From NCBI GenBank assembly GCA_963850905.1, contig CAWKMU010000003.1, positions 608,001-672,000 on the forward strand: a stretch of DNA of 64,000 nucleotides, read 5' to 3'. The first letter of the stretch is position 1; every line of letters starts with the position of its first letter. This document shows, one piece after another, positions 20,637 to 30,502 of the stretch. The translations under genes and the position numbers were made by a program. Source of the DNA: an uncultured Gemmatimonadales bacterium (lineage in GTDB: Bacteria > Gemmatimonadota > Gemmatimonadetes > Gemmatimonadales > Gemmatimonadaceae). The notes beneath the pieces were generated by a model. It saw only the letters and a program-made list of their open reading frames with translations. It had not been told where the DNA came from and made no database searches.

Positions 20637-21983
20637 TTAGGATCCCTTATACGTCACCTTCCACACTCGGCCGTTCTGGTCATCCGTGACGTAGAGTGAG
20701 CCGTCGGGCCCTTCGGCGAGGCCAACCGGCCGATGGTCGGCCTTGTCCGGCTGCATCACCTTTCCCGCGAATCCATCGGCGAACGTCTCGTGTGTGCTGT
20801 CCGGGTGCGCTGACCACGGCACGAAGGTGATGTTGTAGCCACCCTGCGGCAACGGCGCACGATTCCACGAGCCGTGAAACGCGATGAACGCGCCGCCCTG
20901 GTAATGCGCGGGGAATTGCGTGCCGCGATAGAAATGCATGTCGTCGGGTGCCCAATGTCCGGGGTACCAGCCGACCGGCGCACGCTTGCGGGCGCAGAGG
21001 CCGACCGTCTTGCCGTTGCCCCCGTACTCCGGCGCGAGCACCAGCTTGCCTTGCTGACCATCGAAGTAGCAGTACGGCCACCCGTAATCGCCCCCCCGCA
21101 CCACCTGCACCACTTCTTCCGCCGGCAGCTCGGCGCTTTGCGCCATGGTGTACTCCTTGGGCCAGTTCTCTCCCAGCTGATCGCGGCCATGCTGCGTCAC
21201 GTACAGCTTCCCGTCCGCAGGATTGATCGAGTACCCCTCGGCGTTGCGCAATCCGGTGGCGAAGCGCGCCTTGGCCGAGAACGCCTGGCCCGTCTTCTTG
21301 GCATCGTACTTCCAGACACCGGCGCGCGTCGACAACTCGGGGCACGGCTTCACGCCGGGCGCCTGCAGCGCCCGGTCCTTCGCTTGGCAGGAGTTCGAGG
21401 CGCTGCCCATGTCCACGTACAATGCCCCGGTCGAGTCGATGAGGAAGGGGTGCATCGTGTGGCCGTGCTCAATGGGCATGCCGCTCAGAACGACTTCGGT
21501 CGTCGTGTCAGGCACGAGCGCGCCTGGCTCCAGCTTGTAGCGGACGATGTTGGAGCCGTCCTCGGCGTACACATATCCACCGTACACCGCGATTCCGGTG
21601 CCCCCCGTGTGCGGCTGCGTCCCGTCCGAACCGAAGCGGGCGATGATGCTCGCATGCCCACTGTGATTCGTGTCGCGGAGCGCCACGATCACCCCGCCCG
21701 GGTGTGGAGGCGGACCGTTCTGCCCGCGTGACGGGGTTGTGTTGACGTAGACGTCGCCATTGGGAGCGACCGCGATGTGGCGCCCGTGGCCAATGGTGTC
21801 GGCAAAAACCGTGGCGCAGAATCCCGCCGGCAGTGTCAACGTCGTGTCACACGCCGTCGTCGCAGCCGCGCTGGTCGCTGTCGACGACTTTTCGCCACCA
21901 CTGCAAGCACACGCCGCGAGGATCGCGGCTGAAGACAGGAAGGAGCCCACACAGCGCACAAGTGTCGCACGCGATCGCAGCAT
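20637..21983 (-). CDS. PQQ-dependent sugar/sorbosone dehydrogenase family lipoprotein
   Basis: LTLPAGFCATVFAD, FATGLRNAEG, QHGRDQL, GGDYGWPYCY, AFHGSWNRAP, RPVGLAEGPDGSLYVTDD. Confidence 0.9.
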   Translation of the reverse strand: MLRSRATLVRCVGSFLSSAAILAACACSGGEKSSTATSAAATTACDTTLTLPAGFCATVFADTIGHGRHIAVAPNGDVYVNTTPSRGQNGPPPHPGGVIVALRDTNHSGHASIIARFGSDGTQPHTGGTGIAVYGGYVYAEDGSNIVRYKLEPGALVPDTTTEVVLSGMPIEHGHTMHPFLIDSTGALYVDMGSASNSCQAKDRALQAPGVKPCPELSTRAGVWKYDAKKTGQAFSAKARFATGLRNAEGYSINPADGKLYVTQHGRDQLGENWPKEYTMAQSAELPAEEVVQVVRGGDYGWPYCYFDGQQGKLVLAPEYGGNGKTVGLCARKRAPVGWYPGHWAPDDMHFYRGTQFPAHYQGGAFIAFHGSWNRAPLPQGGYNITFVPWSAHPDSTHETFADGFAGKVMQPDKADHRPVGLAEGPDGSLYVTDDQNGRVWKVTYKGS

Positions 21984-22028
21984 CTCTCGCCTCCGTTGTA
22001 GTTCGCTAACCCTGATGCCTGTCGTTCC

Positions 22029-22076
22029 GTCTACTTTCTACTTTCTGTGCTTCTACTCTCTCGGGCGCTTTAGCGC
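22029..22076. repeat. (TCTACTT)n heptamer tract with small terminal hairpin
   Basis: gtctactttctactttctgtgcttctactctctcgggcgctttagcgc; reverse complement of the tract at 27094-27125. Confidence 0.6.
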
Positions 22077-22775
22077 ATCCCCCATCGTGCGTCGGACAGT
22101 GTACAACGAGATCTGCTGATGCACAGCCCCTTCGTCGTACGGACGGATCTCGGTATTCGCGAGCGCGAGACCGTGGGCCGATAAACTCTCGAGAAACGCC
22201 GGCGCCGCCACCCGCCCCGGATCGGCGATCGTCGCGATCCCGCCCGGCGCCAACGTCTGCAGAATTGCGAAGGCGATGAGCGGCGCGTAGTGCTGCTCGT
22301 AGAGCACGTCCGCCGCGATCACCCGATCAAACTGTCCGAAGTCGGAGGGGAATGTGCGCCAGTCGACCAGCCGCGTATCGGGCACGCAATGCAACGCATG
22401 CCACGCGTTGGCGATCGTAAAACGCAATGCGGCTTCATAATAGTCGGTGGCTGTCACCGCGTAGCCGGCGCGCAACGCGGCGATGGTCGCTAGCCCCAGA
22501 CCGCATCCGAGCTCGAGCAGACGGGGCCGCGGCTCCGCTGCCGGGAGGGGAGTCTCCGCCAATACAGTGGCGAGCACGCGCGCCGACGGCCAGATGTCAG
22601 CCCAATACGGCAGCCGCTCATCGCGCACGAAATCAGCTTCGCTGATGAGATCATCGGGGTTCCGCGGACGCAGGATTTCGACCTCCCACCCGCCCACGGA
22701 CACCGTTTCGACTGCCGTGACGAACTCCCGCTCGAGCGCGCCCCACACCACCGCCGGCGCCGCGTTTGCACACAT
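22053..22775 (-). CDS. Class I SAM methyltransferase (lysine-MTase/Methyltransf_16-like)
   Basis: DERLPYWADIWPSARVLA, LLELGCGLG, VIAADVLYE, IADPGR. Confidence 0.85.
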   Translation of the reverse strand: MCANAAPAVVWGALEREFVTAVETVSVGGWEVEILRPRNPDDLISEADFVRDERLPYWADIWPSARVLATVLAETPLPAAEPRPRLLELGCGLGLATIAALRAGYAVTATDYYEAALRFTIANAWHALHCVPDTRLVDWRTFPSDFGQFDRVIAADVLYEQHYAPLIAFAILQTLAPGGIATIADPGRVAAPAFLESLSAHGLALANTEIRPYDEGAVHQQISLYTVRRTMGDALKRPRE

Positions 22776-22816
22776 CGATCGCTGCCCCGGTCGAGTTGTT
22801 ATCTCCTTTCTCCTTT

Positions 22817-23326
22817 CTACCGCCGCGAAGCGGCGGTCGGTTCTCCGGTATTCGGATCGCGCAGCCCGTGTCGCGACTCGTACTTGGTGATGAAATACAA
22901 CGTCAGGCTGGTAAAGCCGCTCAGCGCCACCGCGATCTCGAACCGCCCATAGCCGACCGCAGCGCCCAGAATGCCCGTCGACCAGATCGCGGCGGCGGTC
23001 GCCGTACCGCGCACGCGGTTCCCCCCGAGCCGGACGATCGCGCCGCCACCGATGAATCCGATCCCGGTCACCAGGCCTTGCAAGATGTGTGTCTGTTGAT
23101 CGGACGAGATGCCGAACACCTGGCCCGCGAGGAGAACGAGCGAGCAGGACGCCGCGGCAACGACGGGGAACGTCCGCAACCCCGCGCTGCGGTCGTCACG
23201 CGCCCGCTCGACGCTGATCGGGAACGTCAGCACCCAGGCTAACGCAATCTTCCCGATGAGGGAGATGAACAGCGCCACATCAAAGTGGACGTCCTGCATG
23301 ACCTGGCGAATGAGCGAAGTCCACAT
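22817..23326 (-). CDS. MgtC/SapB family membrane protein
   Basis: ERARDDRSAGLRTFPVVA, GLVTGIGFIGGGAI, GTATAAAIWSTGILGAAVG. Confidence 0.9.
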   Translation of the reverse strand: MWTSLIRQVMQDVHFDVALFISLIGKIALAWVLTFPISVERARDDRSAGLRTFPVVAAASCSLVLLAGQVFGISSDQQTHILQGLVTGIGFIGGGAIVRLGGNRVRGTATAAAIWSTGILGAAVGYGRFEIAVALSGFTSLTLYFITKYESRHGLRDPNTGEPTAASRR

Positions 23327-23358
23327 AGGGTAAGGCGAGGTTGGAGCGTAGGACGGCA

Positions 23359-23483
23359 GACGCTGGACGCTGGACGCTAGAGACAAACCTCGAGGCCAGC
23401 TAGATGCAGCGTGCCTGGCCTCGAGGTTTCTCTCCGACGTCCAACGTCTAACGTCTAGCGTCCAGCGTCTAACGTCCAGCGTC
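23359..23483. repeat. Palindromic element with (GACGCTG/GACGCTA) heptamer arms and inner hairpin
   Basis: gacgctggacgctggacgctag; inner aaacctcgaggccag / ctggcctcgaggttt; right arm acgtccaacgtctaacgtctagcgtccagcgtctaacgtccagcgtc. Confidence 0.7.
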
Positions 23484-23508
23484 GAGCCTTTTAGATTCCC
23501 CTCCACCC

Positions 23509-23865
23509 ATGTCTACTATCGAGCATCGTCATGTCGGGCCCCGGATGAGCCAAATGATCATTCACGGGGACACCGTGTACCTGGCTGGCCAGGTAGCCAA
23601 TCGGACCGCCGGCGGATCGGTCGCCGAGCAGACCCGAGAAATCTTGGCCCGGATCGACCAGTTCCTCGCTGAAGCTGGCACCGACAAGTCCAACATCCTG
23701 CAGGCCACTATCTGGCTGGCCGAGATCTCGTCATACGCCGAGATGAATGAGGTGTGGGATACCTGGGTGACCCCGGGCAAGCCACCGACGCGTGCCTGCG
23801 TCGAGGCGGCGCTCGCCGGCCCAGCCTACGCGGTCGAGATACGGGTGGTGGCGGGGAAGCCCTGA
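23509..23865 (+). CDS. RidA/YjgF family protein (YoaB-like)
   Basis: VGPRMSQ...VYLAGQVA, QATIWL, MNEVWDTWV, PPTRACVEA. Confidence 0.92.
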   Translation: MSTIEHRHVGPRMSQMIIHGDTVYLAGQVANRTAGGSVAEQTREILARIDQFLAEAGTDKSNILQATIWLAEISSYAEMNEVWDTWVTPGKPPTRACVEAALAGPAYAVEIRVVAGKP

Positions 23866-23904
23866 GTTAAGGGGTCAGGGGTCAGGGGTCCCAGACCCCG
23901 CAGG

Positions 23905-25416
23905 TCAGCCCCTCAACCCCGTACTCACAAACTTCGTCTCCAAGAACGCATCCATCCCCTCCGGCCCGCCTTCTCGACCGAGGCCGGATTCTTTGAAACC
24001 GCCGAACGGGGCCTGTGCCGTCGACGGAAGCGGGTCGTTGATCCCGACGATGCCGAACTCGAGACGCTCGGCGACTCGCCACGCGCGCGAGAGGTCGTTG
24101 GTGTAGGCGTACGCCGCGAGCCCGTACTTGGTCGCGTTCGCGCGCTGCACCACTTCGTCCTCTGTCGCGAAGCTGGTGACCGGCGCGACTGGGCCAAAGG
24201 TCTCCTCGCGCATGACACGCATCCCGTCGTGCACACCGGCCAGGAGCGTCGGAGCGAAGAAGTGCCCGCGCTCATGGTCCGCTGGACGGTCGCCCCCGAC
24301 GACGACTTGCGCCCCGGACGCGACCGCGTCGCGCACGTGCGCGTCGACCTTCTCTACTGCGGCCGCATCGATGAGTGGGCCGATCTGCACCCCTTCGGTG
24401 AGACCATCGCCGACCCGAAGCGCGCGGATCTGCGGCGCCAACGCTTGCAGAAATGGCTCGAGGACCGACGCATGTACGTAGAATCGGTTCGCGCACACGC
24501 AGGTCTGGCCCGCGTTCCGGAACTTGGATGTGATCGCGCCACGCGCGGCCGCCTCAATGTCCGCGTCGGCAAACACGATGAACGGCGCGTGGCCTCCCAG
24601 CTCGAGTGAGACGCGCTTGACCGAGGCCGCCGCCTCGCGGGCCAGATGCTTGCCGACTTCCGTCGAGCCCGTGAACGTGATCTTCCGCACCGCGGGGTGC
24701 TGCAACATCTCGGCGCCCGCGGGCACGGGATCGTGCGTGGGCACGACGTTGAGCACGCCCGGGGGCAGTCCGGCATCACCAAGGATCGCCGCGATCCGGA
24801 GTGCCGTGAGCGGGGTCTGTTCCGCAGGCTTCAACACCACGGTGCATCCCGCGGCAATTGCAGGCCCCACTTTTCTTGTGACCATCGCGGCCGGGAAATT
24901 CCACGGCGTGATCGCCGCAACGACTCCGACCGGCTGGCGGAGCGTGAGCAATCGCTTGCCAGGGACCGACGCCGGAATCACGCGCCCGTAAATGCGCTCG
25001 GCCTCGCCCGCGGCCCAACCCAGGAAGCTCGCTGCATAGGCGATCTCGCCGCGCGCCTCGGCGAACGGCTTGCCGCCCTCGAGGGTAAGCGTCCGAGCCA
25101 GGCTGCCAGACTGCTCGAGCATCAGCGCTTCCGCTCGTCGAAGAACGCGCGCGCGCTCGAGCGCCGGCGTATCGGACCACGCTGGCAGCGCCCGGCTCGC
25201 ATCGTCTATCGCACCGCGCACATCCTCGCGATCGGCGTCAGCGACCGTCGCAACCGGCTCGAGCGTGGCGGGATTGTAGACCGTGAAACTGCGCTTCGCC
25301 CTGCGCCGCTCTCCACCGACCCACAACCCCTCGCTGGGCGGGGCACTGGGCGCGGCCCCTGCGGTGCGCGGCTCGGTCACACCCGCCGCCGCGCTCTGTA
25401 CCCGGGACGTTGTCAT
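23905..25416 (-). CDS. gabD: NAD(P)-dependent succinate-semialdehyde dehydrogenase
   Basis: ITPWNFPAAMVTRK, KPAEQTP, FTGSTEVGK, SLELGGHAPF, KFRNAGQTCVCAN, EETFGPV, PFGGFKESGLGREG. Confidence 0.9.
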   Translation of the reverse strand: MTTSRVQSAAAGVTEPRTAGAAPSAPPSEGLWVGGERRRAKRSFTVYNPATLEPVATVADADREDVRGAIDDASRALPAWSDTPALERARVLRRAEALMLEQSGSLARTLTLEGGKPFAEARGEIAYAASFLGWAAGEAERIYGRVIPASVPGKRLLTLRQPVGVVAAITPWNFPAAMVTRKVGPAIAAGCTVVLKPAEQTPLTALRIAAILGDAGLPPGVLNVVPTHDPVPAGAEMLQHPAVRKITFTGSTEVGKHLAREAAASVKRVSLELGGHAPFIVFADADIEAAARGAITSKFRNAGQTCVCANRFYVHASVLEPFLQALAPQIRALRVGDGLTEGVQIGPLIDAAAVEKVDAHVRDAVASGAQVVVGGDRPADHERGHFFAPTLLAGVHDGMRVMREETFGPVAPVTSFATEDEVVQRANATKYGLAAYAYTNDLSRAWRVAERLEFGIVGINDPLPSTAQAPFGGFKESGLGREGGPEGMDAFLETKFVSTGLRG

Positions 25417-25641
25417 ACGCCAAAGCTAGCCAAGCTTCGACGTCTGCGATGCCGGCAGTTCCCCCTCGCGGGGCCGGCCTCAGTTGCGTATTATTGTTGA
25501 GGCTGGCGGCGCCCCAGATGGCCCTGCCGCACCCTATCCCAAACGCCAATTGCACGTTGCCCGATGTCCACCAGATGTTTACGTGAGGCGACCTCACGTG
25601 ACAGGGGAACTTATTGCAACGAAACGGACTATCTAAGCCGT

Positions 25642-25995
25642 ATGGACAGAGTGATCATGCAGCACTTCGCGGTCACCCTCGCGTTGACACCTCGCAGTTG
25701 CGAGGCGATCAAGCATGCGCTCTCAGCCGCCGGAATGGGTGGCGAGGGCGGCGGGCTACGGATCAGTGCGCATCGCGGGCGTGATGGAGTGGAATATCGC
25801 TTCGGGGTCGAGGCGCAAGCCGCCGAAACCGATTACGTGATCGAACAACACGGGGCTCGCGTCTACGTTGACCCGTTTTCTGCACCGCTTTTGGATGGAG
25901 GGTCGGTCGACTTTGTTCCGGCGGGGACTGAGCAGGTGTTCGCGTTGACCCCGCCACGATCGGTCGCACGGTGGCAACCGAGGCTGGTCGCGTAA
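25642..25995 (+). CDS. HesB/IscA (A-type carrier)-like protein lacking the conserved cysteines
   Basis: LALTPRS, GLRI...YRFGVE...DYVIEQHGARVYVDPFSAPLLDGGSVDFV. Confidence 0.7.
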   Translation: MDRVIMQHFAVTLALTPRSCEAIKHALSAAGMGGEGGGLRISAHRGRDGVEYRFGVEAQAAETDYVIEQHGARVYVDPFSAPLLDGGSVDFVPAGTEQVFALTPPRSVARWQPRLVA

Positions 25996-26057
25996 CGAGA
26001 GCAGGTAGCGAGCCGAGCAGTTTGTGGGGCGGCCGCTTTGGGGGCCGCCCCGTGTGT

Positions 26058-26101
26058 TCTCCCAGAGTCGCCTGATTGATCTCCCAGAGTCGCCTGATTG
26101 A
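26058..26101 (+). repeat. Perfect 22-bp tandem duplication upstream of the sigma factor
   Basis: tctcccagagtcgcctgattga at 26058-26079 and 26080-26101. Confidence 0.9.
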
Positions 26102-26125
26102 TACTGTATGCAGCGGAGGAGTGGA

Positions 26126-27076
26126 ATGGACGTGACGACCAAGGCTGAGCGACCCACCCGGCGCAGTCGAACAAGGGCGGGGACACAGCCTGCGATCGGC
26201 GGGGCTGAAGGACAGGAGCTGCTCGATCTCTACATTGCAGAGCTCGGGCGTATGCCCGTATTGTCGGCTGCCGCCCAGAAGGACATCGCGCGGCGGATGC
26301 GCAACTCGGCCCTGCCGGCGCGCGACCGCGCCGCTGCGCGCGCCGAGTTGATTAATGCGAACCTGCGCTTCGCGTTTTCGATTGCCAAGAAATACCAGCA
26401 TCGCGGTCTCGCCCTCGAGGACCTCGTCGGCGAAGCCAATGCGGGCCTCTGTCGCGCCGCCGACAAGTATGACCCCGACGTGGGGGTCAACTTCATCAGC
26501 TACGCGGTCTGGTGGATTCGCCAGGCACTGCACGCGTCCATCACCACCAAGGGACGCTCGGTGCGGTTGCCCCTCGGTCGGGCCGGCGACCTGTCCAAGG
26601 CCGTCAAGGCGCAGAGCATCCTCCGCGGAACGCTGCGCCGCGAGCCGACCAACGAGGAGATCGGTGAGGCCTGCAACCTGAGCCCCGAGATCGTCGAGAG
26701 CCTGCTCGGGCTCGTACAGCCCGAACGGTCGCTCGACGACCCACTCGACGGCTCCGCGGGTGGCGATGGCCGCTCGCGCACACTCGCCAGCGTGATTCGG
26801 GCCGAAACCGAGGACGGCGACGACCGCCTCCCCGGTACGCTCGAGGAAGAGTCGCGTCGCGAGGCGGTCCGTCGTGCGCTGGCACCCCTGCCGCCGCGCG
26901 ATCGCCGGGTACTCGTACTGTACTATGGCCTCGAGTCCGGCGAGCCGAAGACGTTGGACGAGATCGGCCGCATGCTCGGTGTCACGCGTGAGCGCGTCCG
27001 CCAGCTCCGCGACCGCGCACTCGCTGCCCTGCGCGACGGTGGCGCCGCCGACATGCTCAGGGACTGGGCGGCGTAA
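26126..27076 (+). CDS. RNA polymerase sigma-70 family factor (RpoD/RpoS-like, no region 1.1)
   Basis: LLDLYIAEL (1.2), LINANLRF...DLVGEAN.GL...FISYAVWWIRQA (2), TLDEIGRMLGVTRERVRQLRDRAL (4.2); start 26108 or 26126. Confidence 0.92.
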   Translation: MDVTTKAERPTRRSRTRAGTQPAIGGAEGQELLDLYIAELGRMPVLSAAAQKDIARRMRNSALPARDRAAARAELINANLRFAFSIAKKYQHRGLALEDLVGEANAGLCRAADKYDPDVGVNFISYAVWWIRQALHASITTKGRSVRLPLGRAGDLSKAVKAQSILRGTLRREPTNEEIGEACNLSPEIVESLLGLVQPERSLDDPLDGSAGGDGRSRTLASVIRAETEDGDDRLPGTLEEESRREAVRRALAPLPPRDRRVLVLYYGLESGEPKTLDEIGRMLGVTRERVRQLRDRALAALRDGGAADMLRDWAA

Positions 27077-27240
27077 CGCCGAAGGCGTTACGCAGAGAGT
27101 AGAAGCACAGAAAGTAGAAAGTAGACAAAGACGAAGGGCTGGGACCTGTCCCAGCCCTTCGTCCTTTCCTTTGCCGTTCATCTCCTTTCTCCTCTCCCCT
27201 CACTCCTCTCTCAAGGCTAACGCGCCAGCGCGTTAGCCTT
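27071..27240. terminator. Three perfect hairpins separated by heptamer tracts between convergent genes
   Basis: gcgtaacgcc-gaa-ggcgttacgc (27071-27093); gacgaagggctgggac-ct-gtcccagcccttcgtc (27130-27163); aaggctaacgcg-ccag-cgcgttagcctt (27213-27240). Confidence 0.6.
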
Positions 27241-27709
27241 GCGGCGCTGCCATATTCCCGCACGCAATCACCATCCCCGTGTTGCTCGGCGCGGCCAGGA
27301 CCTCGACGAAGTAGTCGCCCGCTTTCGGTGGCGGCAGCGTCTGCTGCGTCTTGGCCGTCGCGGTCCCGTCATTGCCTACTTTGAGCGGAGGGTAGGCGCG
27401 GTCCGAGCCGTACACCCCGCGATCGTTGCCACACGTCCCCTCATGCACCGCCCACGGATGGACGCCCCCAGGCGCCGCGTTCGCGATCGCGATCGAGATG
27501 AGTGCTCGCCCCGTATCACCAACGGCCGGCGGGGCCATCCATGCGGACCCATGGATCTCGACCGCCCCGCGCAGATCCTTTGGACTCGCCAGTGTTGCGG
27601 TCCAACGCGCCGACACGGGAATCGATGGCGCTGGATTGACTTCGACCGAATGGTGACACCCGGTCGCCATGACCACGAGCGCCGCACTGCTCAACCAATA
27701 CCGCCACAT
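27233..27709 (-). CDS. Hypothetical lipoprotein, Cu/Zn-SOD-like or CHRD-like fold
   Basis: Lipobox MATGC; GGVHPWAVHEGTCG; C-terminal VIACGNM. Confidence 0.65.
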   Translation of the reverse strand: MWRYWLSSAALVVMATGCHHSVEVNPAPSIPVSARWTATLASPKDLRGAVEIHGSAWMAPPAVGDTGRALISIAIANAAPGGVHPWAVHEGTCGNDRGVYGSDRAYPPLKVGNDGTATAKTQQTLPPPKAGDYFVEVLAAPSNTGMVIACGNMAAPQG

Positions 27710-28048
27710 CGATGCTCCGGCTCCCGAGAGTTGTGTTCGTTCGCACGGTACCGCACACTCCAACCGACTCTCGATTACGGTTGAAGTCGCGGGTGAGCCG
27801 CGCATTGGCTCACTGCACGCGCATGCGCGCCCCCTACACCAAAGCGAATTCCGTGCGAGAGCGCCGGAGCGCATCGACGGTTGACGGGATCCGCTCTGAT
27901 CGACGAGACTGCTTGTGTCGTGTGCCGCTACGCTCGCGTTCGCCGCTGCAGCGCAGACGCAGGACCGGATACACGAGCGTTGATCTGCACCGGACGCCAT
28001 GCATCACCATCTCACCGAGGCGCTGTGTCCGCCACCGTTCCTGACACC

Positions 28049-29026
28049 ATGCAGTTCATTGAGTGTGAGCATCCCGGCCCGCCGGACGTGCTGCGCATCA
28101 CGACGGGACCGACACCGCGGCCACGCGATGACGAGGTCCTCGTTCGAGTGGCGGCAGCGAGTGTCAATCGCCCGGATCTGTTGCAGCGCCAAGGCAAGTA
28201 CCCGCCACCGCCGGGTGCGTCGCCGATCCTCGGTCTGGATGTCGCCGGCGATGTCGTTGCCGTGGGATCGCAGGTGCGGCGTTGGCGAATCGGTGATCGC
28301 GTCTGCGCGTTGGTGTCAGGCGGCGGCTACGCCGAATACTGCGCCGCGCCGGCAGAGCAGTGCCTGCCGGTGCCGCACGGGTTGTCACTGGTCGAAGCCG
28401 CTGCGATCCCGGAGACGTTTTTCACGGTGTGGACCAACCTGTTCCAGCGCGGACGCCTGGCCGCGGGCGAATCCGTTCTGATTCACGGCGGCGCAAGCGG
28501 GATCGGCACGACCGCCATTCAACTCGCGCGCGCACGCGGCGCACGCGTCTTCGCGACGGCCGGCTCCGCCGCCCGATGCGACGCGTGCGTGAAGCTGGGA
28601 GCGGAACTGGCTGTCAACTACCACGACACCGACTTCGTCGCAGCGGTGCGTGAGGCGACAGGAGGTCGGGGTGTCGACGTCGTGCTCGACATGGTCGGCG
28701 GCGCGTACGTCGAGCGCAATCTCGCGGTCCTCACCGTCGAAGGACGACTCGTCCAAATCGCGTTCCTGACGGCGAGCCGCGTCGAAGTCGATCTGCGCAT
28801 CGTGATGACCAAGCGGCTGACCATCACGGGATCGACGCTGCGCCCCCGGTCGATCGCGGAAAAGGGGGCGATTGCCATGGATCTCGAGAGGCACGTGTGG
28901 CCCATCCTCGACAACGGGACGATTCGACCGATCATCTACCGCACGTTTCCGCTCGCCGAGGCGGCCGCCGCACACCGACTCCTCGAGGAGGGCGGCCACG
29001 TGGGCAAGATTGTTCTGCAGGTGTGA
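28049..29026 (+). CDS. NAD(P)H-quinone oxidoreductase, PIG3 family
   Basis: VNRPDLLQRQGKYPPPPGASPILGL, GGGYAEY, PETFFTVW, LIHGGASGIGT, GSTLRPRS, HVGKIVL. Confidence 0.93.
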   Translation: MQFIECEHPGPPDVLRITTGPTPRPRDDEVLVRVAAASVNRPDLLQRQGKYPPPPGASPILGLDVAGDVVAVGSQVRRWRIGDRVCALVSGGGYAEYCAAPAEQCLPVPHGLSLVEAAAIPETFFTVWTNLFQRGRLAAGESVLIHGGASGIGTTAIQLARARGARVFATAGSAARCDACVKLGAELAVNYHDTDFVAAVREATGGRGVDVVLDMVGGAYVERNLAVLTVEGRLVQIAFLTASRVEVDLRIVMTKRLTITGSTLRPRSIAEKGAIAMDLERHVWPILDNGTIRPIIYRTFPLAEAAAAHRLLEEGGHVGKIVLQV

Positions 29027-29045
29027 CCACGCGTTTCCGTGCGGG

Positions 29046-29104
29046 GTAGGGGCGACGCCCTGCGTCGCCCGCCATTTGCCGTAGGGGCGACGCCACCCGT
29101 CGCC
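29046..29104 (+). repeat. Two GTAG-REP copies
   Basis: gtaggggcgacgccctgcgtcgccc (29046-29070) and degenerate gtaggggcgacgccacccgtcgcc (29081-29104). Confidence 0.8.
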
Positions 29105-29388
29105 GTTCATCGCGCTCTGTTCTCGGGCGCGAACCGCCGGGGTCGTCGCATCGCCCCCGCAATGCCGCGTGGCTTCTCCGCATCACCGCCGCAACTCCGT
29201 CTGAAACGCCCCGCGTAACTCGTTTGCACGATGAGCCTTGGCGGATGCCCCGGCGTGGCCTGGGATTCGCAATTGGGCAAAACCGCGGATGTGGCTGGCA
29301 CCACCGCGGATCCGAGCGCGCGACCCGTCAGCTCGACGGTGGTGGTGGCAGTCACTCGGTCGGTTCACCGTTCGCCTCGCAGCCCTCG

Positions 29389-30271
29389 ATGCTTCGGCGT
29401 CTTTCGCAGGTTGCTCGACTGAAGTCGGTCGTTCGTACTCACGTCGTGAGTCGGCTCGCGCTGACGGCGTGGGCGATGATGATGGGATTGGCATCACTCA
29501 TCGCCGGAGCGGTCGCCTTGTCCGTCCGGCTGGCGCCCCACGCGTCGCGACGCAGTACGGCGTCCACGCACGCCCCGGACGCGACCCGTCGCGCGCGCGG
29601 CACCCCAGTGCGTCTCGCCAATCTCGCTCCCTCGGTCATTTTTGCCGACGCCAGCACGCTCTCGTACCGCACGAGCCTCACCGACGACGCGCCGGACATC
29701 CAGGACGTCGTCCGCCGTGCAACCCCTGGCGGTCGGCCGACTGAACCCAGTATCGCCGTGCACACCGCGATCGGCGCGTGCCTCACATCCGACCTCGATG
29801 GCTCGGCACACGATCACGACCTGACGGTCACGTGGTTCTTCGCGGCCGACAGCGGCGCGCCACACGGCTCCGGCGAGTATGTCCTCTGGGAACAGCGAAA
29901 CGACTCGACGCCAGTCGCACTCGTGCGGCATGTGCTGCGCGATGGACGCCGGCCATTTCTCGACTACCAATACGTCGTCCCGAGCGGTGACGGCGCTGAC
30001 AGCATTGCCATCGTGCCGCGCACGATGCTCCCCATCAGTCGAGCCGACACGGTCTCGACCCCCGTCGAATGTCCGGTCGTTGCGCGCCGTGTCGTGGCAC
30101 TTCCTCGTGGTCCTCGACGCGAGCGTCCATCCGGCGCACATGGCGCGTGTCCATGTGCTCACCTCACTGCCAGCAATCGACCGCCTCGATCGCCACGAAT
30201 GCCGTGCATCAGTGAAGCGGCAACCGATACTCGCAGCACGAGACGGAGCGCCGCCGGCGTTCACCGGCTAG
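29389..30271 (+). CDS. Hypothetical membrane-anchored protein (probable frameshift near 30065)
   Basis: TM segment LALTAWAMMMGLASLIAGAVAL then beta-rich domain; alternative frame VRSLRAVSWHFLV... ends at TAG 30271, just before a repeat element. Confidence 0.4.
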
Positions 30272-30274
30272 CCC

Positions 30275-30399
30275 GAACGGCGCGGTCAGGGATCAGGCGT
30301 CAGGGACCAGGGTACCAAACCACGAGGCCAGTCACGTCGGACTGTGACCGGCCTCGCGTTTTTTGTTTCCCTGACCCCTGACTCCTAATCCCGCCGTTC
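30275..30399. repeat. Heptamer-armed palindromic element, no REP core
   Basis: gaacggcgcggtcagggatcaggcgtcaggg ... ccctgacccctgactcctaatcccgccgttc; inner cgaggccagtcac / gtgaccggcctcg. Confidence 0.75.
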
Positions 30400-30502
30400 G
30401 CCATTCGTGACAATGCGACAAACGACCCCCACAGAGATGTCGAGCCGCCCTTGCCGTCCTGCGTGGCGGCGGGCCGTATCCTGCGTTAGCATAGGCACAC
30501 TC

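Noticed and set aside
25606..25636. ECF sigmaE-like promoter GGAACTT...TCTAA
   Set aside because: The spacer is 19 nt, longer than typical, and it leaves almost no leader; unsupported
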